Positions 1 through 8,744 of a stretch of 64,000 nt of DNA are shown here, piece by piece. The stretch covers positions 3,717 to 67,716 of the forward strand of contig JBAXAF010000003.1 of the NCBI GenBank assembly GCA_037142675.1, read 5' to 3'. Every line of letters begins with the position of its first letter. Positions within the stretch are counted from its first letter, which is position 1. The position numbers were made by a program, and so were the translations under genes. Below the pieces are notes generated by a model. The model ran no database searches. It saw only the letters and a program-made list of their open reading frames with translations, and had not been told where the DNA came from. Source of the DNA: Candidatus Berkelbacteria bacterium (GTDB lineage: Bacteria > Patescibacteriota > UBA1384 > XYA2-FULL-43-10 > CAINNR01).

Positions 1-253
1 GTGATTGGATTATGTATAAATTGCCCGAATATGAACCTGTCGCTGAAAAAGAATTACCATTTTGGTAAATAGATATTCCCCCGCCGCCAGTATTTGACGG
101 ATCAAGAGTAATTTCTACTCTTCCGTATAATGGGTCAGCCAACCCTTTGAGATTTATTACCCCAAATTTAGCTAGGCCAAAAATAGCACCAGAGAATAAT
201 ACGATGGCGCCAAGAATGATTCCCAATATTAGTTTAGTTCGTTTTCCGACCAT
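1..253 (-). CDS. Partial CDS (N-terminal 84 aa, truncated by window edge). It is a paralog of the downstream 1125-aa surface protein, with the same signal-anchor N-terminus (MVGKRTKLILGIILGAIVLFSGAIFGLAKFG...).
   Basis: Reverse-complement translation from the ATG at 253-251 gives a sequence near-identical to the first 84 aa of ORF 271..3648. The N-terminal TM/signal-anchor region is shared. Confidence 0.7.
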   Translation of the reverse strand, partial: MVGKRTKLILGIILGAIVLFSGAIFGLAKFGVINLKGLADPLYGRVEITLDPSNTGGGGISIYQNGNSFSATGSYSGNLYIIQS

Positions 254-270
254 TTTTTTATTTTACTAAA

Positions 271-3200
271 TTATTTAACCCAAATAATACTTGATAAATC
301 TTTTATAACTGATATTGCTTTCAAGTCTCCGTACAGAGCGGCATTTGTTACAGACATAGTTCGACCGTTTTTGTTTTTGATAATTAGTCTGTATCGGCCT
401 TCTTTGATTTTGAAACTAAATTTTCCACTGGCATCAAGATTGTAGCTTTGGCCACCATAAACTGTGATAGTTCCGTTTTTTAATGGAGCTTCGCCAGCCA
501 TAACTGTTCCGGATAATGTGTACTTTTGGCGGGTAAAATTAATGTCAACATTTTTTGTTTGGTTTGGGCTTAAGGTTGCTGTTTTTGGCATTAAGTTTTC
601 GTAAGATTTGTTAATTTTTGGGTTTGAAAGCGTGATTGGTAAAGTTCCAGATTTAGTTCTAGAAATACTATACCAACCGTCGGCGCCGGAAATATCAGAT
701 TTACCGCTAAAATTAATTTGCATGCCAGCAACGGCTCCGTCTTGATCTTTAACGTATCCAGAAATTTTAGTATTTGAAATGCTAAAGCCGAGACTAACTA
801 ACAATTTTTCGACTCTATTATTAATTGCAATCAATGAATTTCTAATTGACACTGTGGTTAATGAACCATACCGCCTGATTAGGTTCTCAGCTTGTTGGAC
901 TTGGATCGACAGAAGAATTCTGGATTTATTAGCTGCTGATAAATCATTATAATTTTCTTGGAGCCAGAGCCCTTTGGATATTTGATCCTTAGTAAGTGGA
1001 ACATTGTCAAGGGGAGATATTTTATTGTAAATGTGGTTTTGGCCTATTTTAAGGCCGAGCGATGACATTAGATTAACAAAAAAAGTAACATTTTCGTCGT
1101 CTGTGCTTGTTGCTCCCGCAACATGGTCATTGCTGTCAGATGAACTACGTCGGACAACTCGCTCGAATCTTTTCATTTTTGGAAATTTTTCTTGGAGAAG
1201 TTGATCTAGCATCATGATTGAATTTTTGCAGTGATTAAGATCCGGCGCATTAAGAGATGAGTCATTAATTAACCGATTTAATTCATCGGTGTTCTGCACC
1301 CACCATTGAAAAAATTCAGCAAAAAATTCACCCGCTTGAGATGCGCCATAGTATGAAAAACAGGTGTATCTTGGTGAAAGGGCTTGAACACAAGCTCCAG
1401 AATCATTCATTAATAAATCATATGCGCTATTAATTTTTGATAAAGCGTCGGAATCAAATTTGGGAGAATTGTAGAAAACATAATGTCCAAATTCATGAAT
1501 TAAAACCGAAACTGAATTATAGCCAATATTTTGCGAAAGAGCGGCTTCGGATAGAAATATGGGCATGTTTGGGAGTCCAAGAGTAAATCCCCTTAGGGGT
1601 GTTTCATAACCCGATGGCCACATAAATATGTATCTTGGCAAATCAACACCAACTAAACTGCTCATCGCTTTTACTATTTTTGCATAGCTGGTCATTTGAG
1701 TAATTTTTGCTGGAGTAAAAAGGGATCCACCATTTGCTTTGTAGGTGCAGAACTTGACTAGTTCGACTAGTCGACAATCGAAAAGTGCTTGGTCAATTTG
1801 CCCCATTGCTTCTTCTGCCGAAAGATCGTCTATAAAGTTTAGCGAAGTTATTGGTATCAGATATACCGTGGCTTCACCGGCGGTAATAAACATTGAATTT
1901 GACAGAGATGTATAATTTTTGGTTTCAATTTTTAATTGTAGGGTAGAGAAGAACATGCCTTGGTCAATTTGATATTTAATTGTGTTTAATAATATTTCTG
2001 GTTCGCCGCTAACACAATTCTCGTTATCTGCGTCGTAACAAAGAAGTATATTTTCTGTTATTTCTTCTTTTGACATATCGATATTTCCACCAGTCATTGC
2101 ATCTTTGAAATGAACAATTTCAATTAGATTTGTTGGTGCTAGCGATATTACTGGAGTTATAACTAATAACCTGTTGTATGTTGAGTTAAAGCTAATTCCT
2201 GAGCCACTAAATTCAGAACTCGCTGTATCTAAGTATGTTAATCTAGCATCTAGGCTTTTAACATGTATTTTGTAGTGGCAATTAGTGTTTAGCGGGATAT
2301 TTTCAATCGCATAATTTCCGATTTGAGATGCGGGTGAATATCCTAATGGCCAATTAATTGTATCACTAGTAAGAGCTGAGTTATTTACACTTTGATCCTC
2401 GTCGCACGACAGGTTTACACGGATGTTACCCGCCGGAGATAAACCACCTAGTGTTTTATAAATTTTCCCGGTAATAGTAAAATATTGTCTTGATCCAACC
2501 ACTGCGTTGCTGAAACTAAGGTATTTTTGTGTATTTGTATCAACCGAATAGTTACTAGTTGGTTTTTGTACAATTGTGATTGCATCGCCATCATTATCTA
2601 ATCCGTCACGATTCGAGTCGTAAAAATATCCGTTTTTAGTATATCGGACCTCTAATCTTGGCCAGACTGTATAATCTTTAAATGCATCAATATCTTTGAC
2701 TTCATAATTAAACTTCTTATCAGCAGGTAGGCCCGGGTAATAAGTTTGGTAGTCAGCTTTTGATGTAGCTGTCCATTTTGTAACACTCCCGCAGTCGACA
2801 CCAGGTGATTGATCTGCGTCATTGCAACTAACAGTAACGGTGACTCCGTCAACCAGTTTACCGTCTTTATCGGTGATAGCACCAAGTAGGGAAAACTTTG
2901 TTTGATCAAATACGGGAGTTGGCGGGGTGTCTCCGCTGCTAACTAGCGACAGATTATAGCTGTGTGGCGAAGTTAGGGCAAAAGCTTCAGCGGTTGTTAT
3001 TCCGGCAAAGATATCAATTAGTTTTTTGCTTGATGACAGGTAGCCTGTTTTAGAGACTGAAACAACTTGGTTCTTTAAGGTGTCAATATTGGCAGTACCT
3101 CCTGAAATTGGTATTGGAATCTGAGCGATAGTGTATTCCCCGGCATAATTGGTGGTAGTGTTTTTGTCAGATATTGATACCAAGGCACCAGACAGGGCGG

Positions 3201-3648
3201 TGCCTGTTGACGAGGTAACTTTGCCAGTTAACACCCAATATTGTTGTGTGTCAGCTCCGCCCCCGCCACCTTCACAAGTAAACCTGGTGTAGATAGTTCT
3301 AGTTGTGGTTGAATTGTGGCTTAAATTCGCTGTTGGCCCCAAACAAGGCTGCCCGTTTGGACCTGGCATGCCGAATTTGTATGTGTAGCTACCGTAAGCG
3401 AGTGAAGTGATTGTATAAACATTTCCGACAAATGATCCGGTTACAGATATTGGCGTTGTACCTTTATATAGCGATATCCCCCCACCAGTATTGCTGGCGT
3501 CAACTGTGATTTCGACTCTTCCGTAAAGTGGATCTGCAAAACCTTTTAGATCAATTATTCCATATTTAGCTAAGCCAAAAAGAGCACCAGAGAAAACAAT
3601 TATGGCGCCAAGAATGATTCCCAAAATTAGTTTAGTTCGTTTCCCCAC
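271..3648 (-). CDS. Large membrane-anchored surface protein, putative zinc metallopeptidase. It has a HEFGH zincin motif, CarboxypepD_reg-like beta-sandwich repeats and a DxDxDG calcium-binding-like motif.
   Basis: 1125-aa ORF with one N-terminal hydrophobic helix (ILGIILGAIIVFSGALFGLA). Motif SVLIHEFGHYVF is HEXXH. DSNRDGLDNDGD is thrombospondin-type-3-like. Repeated VTGKV...G..L.GA.V segments resemble carboxypeptidase-regulatory-domain folds. Confidence 0.6.
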   Translation of the reverse strand: MGKRTKLILGIILGAIIVFSGALFGLAKYGIIDLKGFADPLYGRVEITVDASNTGGGISLYKGTTPISVTGSFVGNVYTITSLAYGSYTYKFGMPGPNGQPCLGPTANLSHNSTTTRTIYTRFTCEGGGGGADTQQYWVLTGKVTSSTGTALSGALVSISDKNTTTNYAGEYTIAQIPIPISGGTANIDTLKNQVVSVSKTGYLSSSKKLIDIFAGITTAEAFALTSPHSYNLSLVSSGDTPPTPVFDQTKFSLLGAITDKDGKLVDGVTVTVSCNDADQSPGVDCGSVTKWTATSKADYQTYYPGLPADKKFNYEVKDIDAFKDYTVWPRLEVRYTKNGYFYDSNRDGLDNDGDAITIVQKPTSNYSVDTNTQKYLSFSNAVVGSRQYFTITGKIYKTLGGLSPAGNIRVNLSCDEDQSVNNSALTSDTINWPLGYSPASQIGNYAIENIPLNTNCHYKIHVKSLDARLTYLDTASSEFSGSGISFNSTYNRLLVITPVISLAPTNLIEIVHFKDAMTGGNIDMSKEEITENILLCYDADNENCVSGEPEILLNTIKYQIDQGMFFSTLQLKIETKNYTSLSNSMFITAGEATVYLIPITSLNFIDDLSAEEAMGQIDQALFDCRLVELVKFCTYKANGGSLFTPAKITQMTSYAKIVKAMSSLVGVDLPRYIFMWPSGYETPLRGFTLGLPNMPIFLSEAALSQNIGYNSVSVLIHEFGHYVFYNSPKFDSDALSKINSAYDLLMNDSGACVQALSPRYTCFSYYGASQAGEFFAEFFQWWVQNTDELNRLINDSSLNAPDLNHCKNSIMMLDQLLQEKFPKMKRFERVVRRSSSDSNDHVAGATSTDDENVTFFVNLMSSLGLKIGQNHIYNKISPLDNVPLTKDQISKGLWLQENYNDLSAANKSRILLSIQVQQAENLIRRYGSLTTVSIRNSLIAINNRVEKLLVSLGFSISNTKISGYVKDQDGAVAGMQINFSGKSDISGADGWYSISRTKSGTLPITLSNPKINKSYENLMPKTATLSPNQTKNVDINFTRQKYTLSGTVMAGEAPLKNGTITVYGGQSYNLDASGKFSFKIKEGRYRLIIKNKNGRTMSVTNAALYGDLKAISVIKDLSSIIWVK

Positions 3649-3690
3649 CTAGCTTTCCCCTGAAAAATATCTACATAAACATCATACCAA

Positions 3691-4986
3691 TCACTTTGAT
3701 AATATTGCAACCAGTTCGGTGTGATGAGTTTGTGGGAACATATCCACAGGTTGGATTTTTTTTGCTGATATTCCAACGATTTGAAAATATTTTAAGTCTC
3801 TGGCGAAAGTTGGCGGATTGCAAGAGACGTAAACTAAGTTCTTAAAGTTGCAAGTTGCAAGTTGCAAGATTAAATCCTTGGCCAGGCCTGCCCTTGGTGG
3901 GTCCAATATAATAATCTTATTGTTCAATTGTTCAATTGATATATTGCTAGAATCAGACTGGATAAATTCGCAGTTGGTTATTTTGTTAATTTTTGCATTG
4001 TCTTTGGCATCGCGAATTGCTTGTGGTACAACTTCAATTCCGGTAACTTTTTTGGCCAACGTAGACAAATAAATTCCAATAGACCCGGTACCACAATACA
4101 AATCAACGACCTCGTCGCCAATTTTAATATCAGCAAATTCTTTAATTTTGTCGTATAGCGTTTTAACGCCGGCGGAGTTAGTTTGAAAAAAACTTTCTGG
4201 GGAAATTTGGAATGTATAAGAACCGATTTTTTCCTGAATTACTGGTGAGCCAAAAATTAATCGTCGGCGCAAATTTAGCAGCGATTTTGCCGGCGCAATG
4301 GCGTGATAAATTGATTTAACACCATCAACGTTTTTTAAAACGTCGACAATTCCATCTTCTCCCGGTAAATCATCCGATGCAGTGATTATTTCAACCATGA
4401 TGTCGCTCGTTCGTTTCCCCTCTCGAATTTTTAATTGCCAAAATGAAGTTTTGTGATCAATATTTTCATTAATGTAGCAGCGTAATTTTTCCAATATTAA
4501 ATTAGACTTTTCTGATTGCAGCAAACATTCATCAACCACCACCAATTCTTTATCATTAGGATATCCGTGGCGGGCCAAAGCGATTTGATTCTTTTTATCT
4601 AGCGTAAATATAAAACGAATTGAATTGCGGTAATAAAGTTCCTTATCGGAACCCGCAATAATCGGCAGAACTTGAGCATCGATTTTTTGTCGTGATAACG
4701 ACTCTTTAACTAAATTTTCTTTGATTGATAATTGATTTTTGTAAGAAATATTTTGATGTTCGCATCCACCGCATTGATAAAAATATTTGCATGGCGGATC
4801 AATCCGCATTTCTGATGGTTTGATGATTTTTTTTACTGTGCCAAACGCAAAGTCCTTTTTCTGATCTGTTAATTCAATTTCAACAATGTCGCCTGGTACA
4901 ACTTTTTTAACAAAAACAACTCGGCCATCATCCAAATGTCCGATACCTGATCCTGCAAAGCCCATTTTTTCAATTTTAACTTGCAT
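3691..4986 (-). CDS. rlmD: 23S rRNA/tRNA (uracil-5)-methyltransferase, RumA/RlmD family (TRAM domain, Fe-S cysteines, SAM methyltransferase).
   Basis: N-terminal TRAM-like segment. Cys cluster CKYFYQCGGCEHQ. SAM motif DLYCGTGSIGIYLS and DPPRAGL motif, typical of the RumA/TrmA family. Confidence 0.7.
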   Translation of the reverse strand: MQVKIEKMGFAGSGIGHLDDGRVVFVKKVVPGDIVEIELTDQKKDFAFGTVKKIIKPSEMRIDPPCKYFYQCGGCEHQNISYKNQLSIKENLVKESLSRQKIDAQVLPIIAGSDKELYYRNSIRFIFTLDKKNQIALARHGYPNDKELVVVDECLLQSEKSNLILEKLRCYINENIDHKTSFWQLKIREGKRTSDIMVEIITASDDLPGEDGIVDVLKNVDGVKSIYHAIAPAKSLLNLRRRLIFGSPVIQEKIGSYTFQISPESFFQTNSAGVKTLYDKIKEFADIKIGDEVVDLYCGTGSIGIYLSTLAKKVTGIEVVPQAIRDAKDNAKINKITNCEFIQSDSSNISIEQLNNKIIILDPPRAGLAKDLILQLATCNFKNLVYVSCNPPTFARDLKYFQIVGISAKKIQPVDMFPQTHHTELVAILSK

Positions 4987-5010
4987 AGTTTATATTATAG
5001 CGCGAAATTG

Positions 5011-5526
5011 TTATCCGCAGAGATGATAGAGAATTATCCCAGCAGCGGTTGATACATTCAGCGAATTTGCGATCCCATACATCGGTATATCAACAATTCC
5101 GTCGCATAGCTGCAAAAGATCATCAGAAACACCGTCGACTTCATGACCAACTATAATGGCAACTGGTTTCTGAAAATCAAAGTTTTTATAATTAATTGAG
5201 TCATTTGTTTGTTCCAGTGCGATGACTTGAATTCCTTGCTTCTTTAACTCTTTTATCAGCTCTATTGTATTATCTCGCTTCTCCCAGGGAACAAAGTCCA
5301 CGGTTTTCAGCGCAGTTTTTTCAATTTCTTTACGCGGTGGAGTCGCAGTAATTCCGCAGAGATATAATTTTTCTACTAGGGCGGCGTCAGCGGTGCGAAA
5401 GATAGCACCAACATTATACATTGAACGAATATTGTCTAAAATTAAATAGACCTGATTCCTCAGCCCATTTTTTATTTGAAAAATATTTTTCTCTCCCACT
5501 AGCTCGTTAGTCGTTTTCTTGCGCAT
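5011..5526 (-). CDS. SpoU/TrmH-family RNA 2'-O-methyltransferase.
   Basis: 171 aa. Motifs NVGAIFRTADAA and the C-terminal IPM.G...SLNVSTAAGIILY are characteristic of SPOUT TrmH/SpoU methylases. Confidence 0.65.
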   Translation of the reverse strand: MRKKTTNELVGEKNIFQIKNGLRNQVYLILDNIRSMYNVGAIFRTADAALVEKLYLCGITATPPRKEIEKTALKTVDFVPWEKRDNTIELIKELKKQGIQVIALEQTNDSINYKNFDFQKPVAIIVGHEVDGVSDDLLQLCDGIVDIPMYGIANSLNVSTAAGIILYHLCG

Positions 5527-6802
5527 ATTTTTCTTTAATCATTTCAACTGCGCTGGCAACTGAAAGATCATCTTGAGTGCTGGTCCGTAAATCGCGAACG
5601 ATAACCGATCCGGTTAAAGCCTCCTGCTGGCCGACAATCAGTGCAAAGTCAGCTTTCAACTTAGAGGCAGATTTCATTTGTGACCGGAGTGAATCCTTGG
5701 AAGGAATATAGAAAACATTAATATCTTCTTTCTCAAAACTATCAAAAATTTGTCGGCAAACTTTTTTTGCAGTGTCGCCAATCTCTAAAATCACAACTTC
5801 AACGCCCCTAGGTTGCGGAATTTTGACTCCATTATCACTAAGCAGTTCAACAACGCGGTCAGCGCCCATGCCCCAGCCTACGGCAGGAGTTTTTGGCCCT
5901 CCCAGCACTGAAACTAAATTGTCATATCGGCCGCCGCCACAAAGGGTAGTTTTTCTTTCTTTGTCTGTGCCAGCAGAGACTTCAAAAACCGTTCGAGTAT
6001 AATAGTCTAAACCGCGAACCAAGGTGTTATCTAATTCAAATTTTATTCCAAAATCATCTAAATACTGTAGTGTGTCTTGAAAATGCTCCCGACATTCAGT
6101 GCAGAGTGAGTCAATCATTTGAGGTGCCTTAGTTTTGAACTTTTGACACTCTTCATTTTTGCAATCTAGCATTCGAAGTGGGTTTATGTCATATCGGCGT
6201 TTGCAATCTGGGCAAACCCCCGATAATTTGTCGGCGTAATAGTCTTTTAACTTCGCTAGATATTTTGGTCGACACTCCGGACAACCAATGGAGTTAATAG
6301 CAATGTTTAGTCCAGAGAACCCGAGTTTTTTTAGAATTTCGATTGCTGACATTATTGCCAAGTAGTCAGACTCAGCAGATTGGTCGCCAAAAATTTCAGC
6401 ACCGACTTGACGGTGTTCTCGGTAGCGACCCTTTTGTGGGCGTTCGTGGCGGTACATTGGACCAAAATAATATAATCTAACTGGCTGTGGTTGGGAACTC
6501 ATACCATTTTCAATGTAGGCTCTGGCGGCACCGGCTGTCCCTTCGGGACGAAGTGCAAGTTGTGATTCATCATCACCGGAAACAGATTCGATCAAGTATA
6601 TTTCTTTTTCAACAATATCGGTTCCAGCACCAACTCCGCGTTCAAAAATTCGCTTGTCTTCAAAAAGAGGTGTGTCAATTTTGCTAAAACTGAGGCCATT
6701 CAAAACTTTTTCTGCTGTCGTGCGAAAAAAGCTCCATGCAGGTTGATCTGCTGGCAATATGTCTTTTGTTCCCCTAGGTTTTTGTAATTGTTTGTCTGAC
6801 AT
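5507..6802 (-). CDS. hisS: Histidyl-tRNA synthetase (class II), with a cysteine-rich (4x CxxC) insertion.
   Basis: Motifs RPEGTAGAAR (motif 2 region), YYFGPMYRHERPQKGRYREHRQVG, the CKRRYDINPLRMLDCKNEEC segment conserved with bacterial HisRS, and a C-terminal anticodon-binding domain. Confidence 0.9.
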   Translation of the reverse strand: MSDKQLQKPRGTKDILPADQPAWSFFRTTAEKVLNGLSFSKIDTPLFEDKRIFERGVGAGTDIVEKEIYLIESVSGDDESQLALRPEGTAGAARAYIENGMSSQPQPVRLYYFGPMYRHERPQKGRYREHRQVGAEIFGDQSAESDYLAIMSAIEILKKLGFSGLNIAINSIGCPECRPKYLAKLKDYYADKLSGVCPDCKRRYDINPLRMLDCKNEECQKFKTKAPQMIDSLCTECREHFQDTLQYLDDFGIKFELDNTLVRGLDYYTRTVFEVSAGTDKERKTTLCGGGRYDNLVSVLGGPKTPAVGWGMGADRVVELLSDNGVKIPQPRGVEVVILEIGDTAKKVCRQIFDSFEKEDINVFYIPSKDSLRSQMKSASKLKADFALIVGQQEALTGSVIVRDLRTSTQDDLSVASAVEMIKEKYAQEND

Positions 6803-6846
6803 AACACTCCAAATTTATCAAAGTACGGAGAAAAATGCAAACAGTG

Positions 6847-8739
6847 CTATCGCCAACTGGCTTCCAAGATTCGCTCTTTATCAAAAGTTTTAGTACCTCG
6901 GCAATTTTTTTTATGAACAGTAATAATTTTCTGCAAAGTAATATAGCCGATTATTTCATCTTTTTCTGTTGGCTTGCAGCAGTTTGCGAGTCGGTGAGTA
7001 AAACCGTCGCCTATTTCGAAATGAACAGATTTTTTACCCGAAGCTCGTTTAATTATTTTCGCTTCAGCAAAATTGACACTTGGGTACATCGTTTTTATAA
7101 CGTCGTTTTTGGAAATGTCCTTTTTGCCGACAGAAACTAGTGCGGTTTCCAAATCATTGAACGGCAATCTAGAATCAGAAATTTTAGCTGACAGGGATTT
7201 AATATTTTTTTCAGTAATTATTGGCATGTCCAATTTAGATAGTTCCTGGTTAACAATATAAAGTCCACGGGCATAATTTTTTGGTCGGTCAAGATTTGTA
7301 AAATATTCATTTATCTTGCTTCTGGCAAAACTTGTTTTAACGAATGATAACCAATCTCGCGACGGCTTGGCCCGGTCGCTTTTTATGATTTCTGCAACAT
7401 CACCAGTTTTTAACCGCGATGAAATAGACATAATTTTGCTGTTAACCTTTGCACCAAAACACGATAATCCAATTTCAGTATGTATAAAGAAAGCGAAATC
7501 GAGCGGAGTGGCATTTTTCGGCAGTTCAATAATTTTTCCTTGCGGTGAAAAAACAAATATTTTGTTGGCAAAAAATTGCTTTTTTGAAGTTAAAACATTC
7601 CCGGCATCAATCTCAGAAATCCAACTACTGGCATCTTTTGCATTGCCCTTGGATAGCATTTTTTCTTTGTAGTGCCAATGTGCAGCAATTCCGAATTCGG
7701 CAATCTGATGCATTATCGGAGTACGAATTTGAATTTCAAAAATGACATTATTTGGCCCGATTACTGTGGTGTGGAGAGATTGATAACCACTTTCTCGCGG
7801 TCTGGCGATATAATCCGTTAGCCGATCTTCAATTGGATGGAATATCTCATGAACCCGGCTTTGAGTTTCGTAACAATCTTTGATGCTTGGAACGATAATT
7901 CTTACGGCAATTAGATCATAAATATTTTCAATTGATTCTTTTTCCGAAAGCTTATTGAATATTGAAAAATCATGTTTTGCCCTCCCGGTAATTTCAGCAT
8001 CCGGGAATTTTTTCGAGAGTATTTTAATAATTTTTTGAATATATTTTTCACGATCGGATTTAGCGATCGTAATACTTTTTATGAAGTCATCATACTTTTC
8101 TGGAAAAGCGTAGGGAAAGCAATTATCCTCCAACTCTGATTTTATGGCCGACATTCCAATCCTCTCAGCCAGAGGCGCAAATATTTCAATAGTTTCTAGG
8201 GCGTAAAATCTTCGACGACTTTCAGGTAACCACTCAAGAGTTTGTGAATTGTGCAGTCTGTCATAAAGCTTAATAATTAAAACTCTTGGATCCCCAGCCA
8301 TGGCGGTCAGGAGTTTTCGATATGAATCTATCTGTGAGGAAAAATTAGTTTTTGAGAATTCGATCCCTAGCGCTTTTTCCTTCATTTCAATGGAGGAAAT
8401 TTTTGTCACACCATCAACCAGAGCAGCTACTTCGGGGCCGAATTTATCGGATAATTCTTGAATTGAAACATTGCAATCCTCTGCAACGTCATGCAACAAT
8501 GTCGCAGCCACCGTCTCTTTGTCTGGCTGGTGCTTAAGAATGTTGGTTGCCATGGCTAGCGGGTGGGTGAAATATAATTCACCGCTAATTCTTTTTTGTT
8601 GACCATGTGATTTTTTTGCAAAATTAAAAACCTGCTCAATAAATTGAGTTTCGTTTTGATCAAAGTCGGATAAAAGCGGCAAGAATTTTTCAGAAAAACT
8701 TCCGACCGATCGGTCGAATTTATTATTATTCGAGTTCAT
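6847..8739 (-). CDS. rel: Bifunctional (p)ppGpp synthetase/hydrolase, RelA/SpoT (Rel) family.
   Basis: HD hydrolase motif (LLHDVAED), a RelA/SpoT synthetase domain (...YQSLHTTV...), then TGS and ACT-like C-terminal regions. 630 aa. Confidence 0.85.
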   Translation of the reverse strand: MNSNNNKFDRSVGSFSEKFLPLLSDFDQNETQFIEQVFNFAKKSHGQQKRISGELYFTHPLAMATNILKHQPDKETVAATLLHDVAEDCNVSIQELSDKFGPEVAALVDGVTKISSIEMKEKALGIEFSKTNFSSQIDSYRKLLTAMAGDPRVLIIKLYDRLHNSQTLEWLPESRRRFYALETIEIFAPLAERIGMSAIKSELEDNCFPYAFPEKYDDFIKSITIAKSDREKYIQKIIKILSKKFPDAEITGRAKHDFSIFNKLSEKESIENIYDLIAVRIIVPSIKDCYETQSRVHEIFHPIEDRLTDYIARPRESGYQSLHTTVIGPNNVIFEIQIRTPIMHQIAEFGIAAHWHYKEKMLSKGNAKDASSWISEIDAGNVLTSKKQFFANKIFVFSPQGKIIELPKNATPLDFAFFIHTEIGLSCFGAKVNSKIMSISSRLKTGDVAEIIKSDRAKPSRDWLSFVKTSFARSKINEYFTNLDRPKNYARGLYIVNQELSKLDMPIITEKNIKSLSAKISDSRLPFNDLETALVSVGKKDISKNDVIKTMYPSVNFAEAKIIKRASGKKSVHFEIGDGFTHRLANCCKPTEKDEIIGYITLQKIITVHKKNCRGTKTFDKERILEASWR

Positions 8740-8744
8740 CGGTA

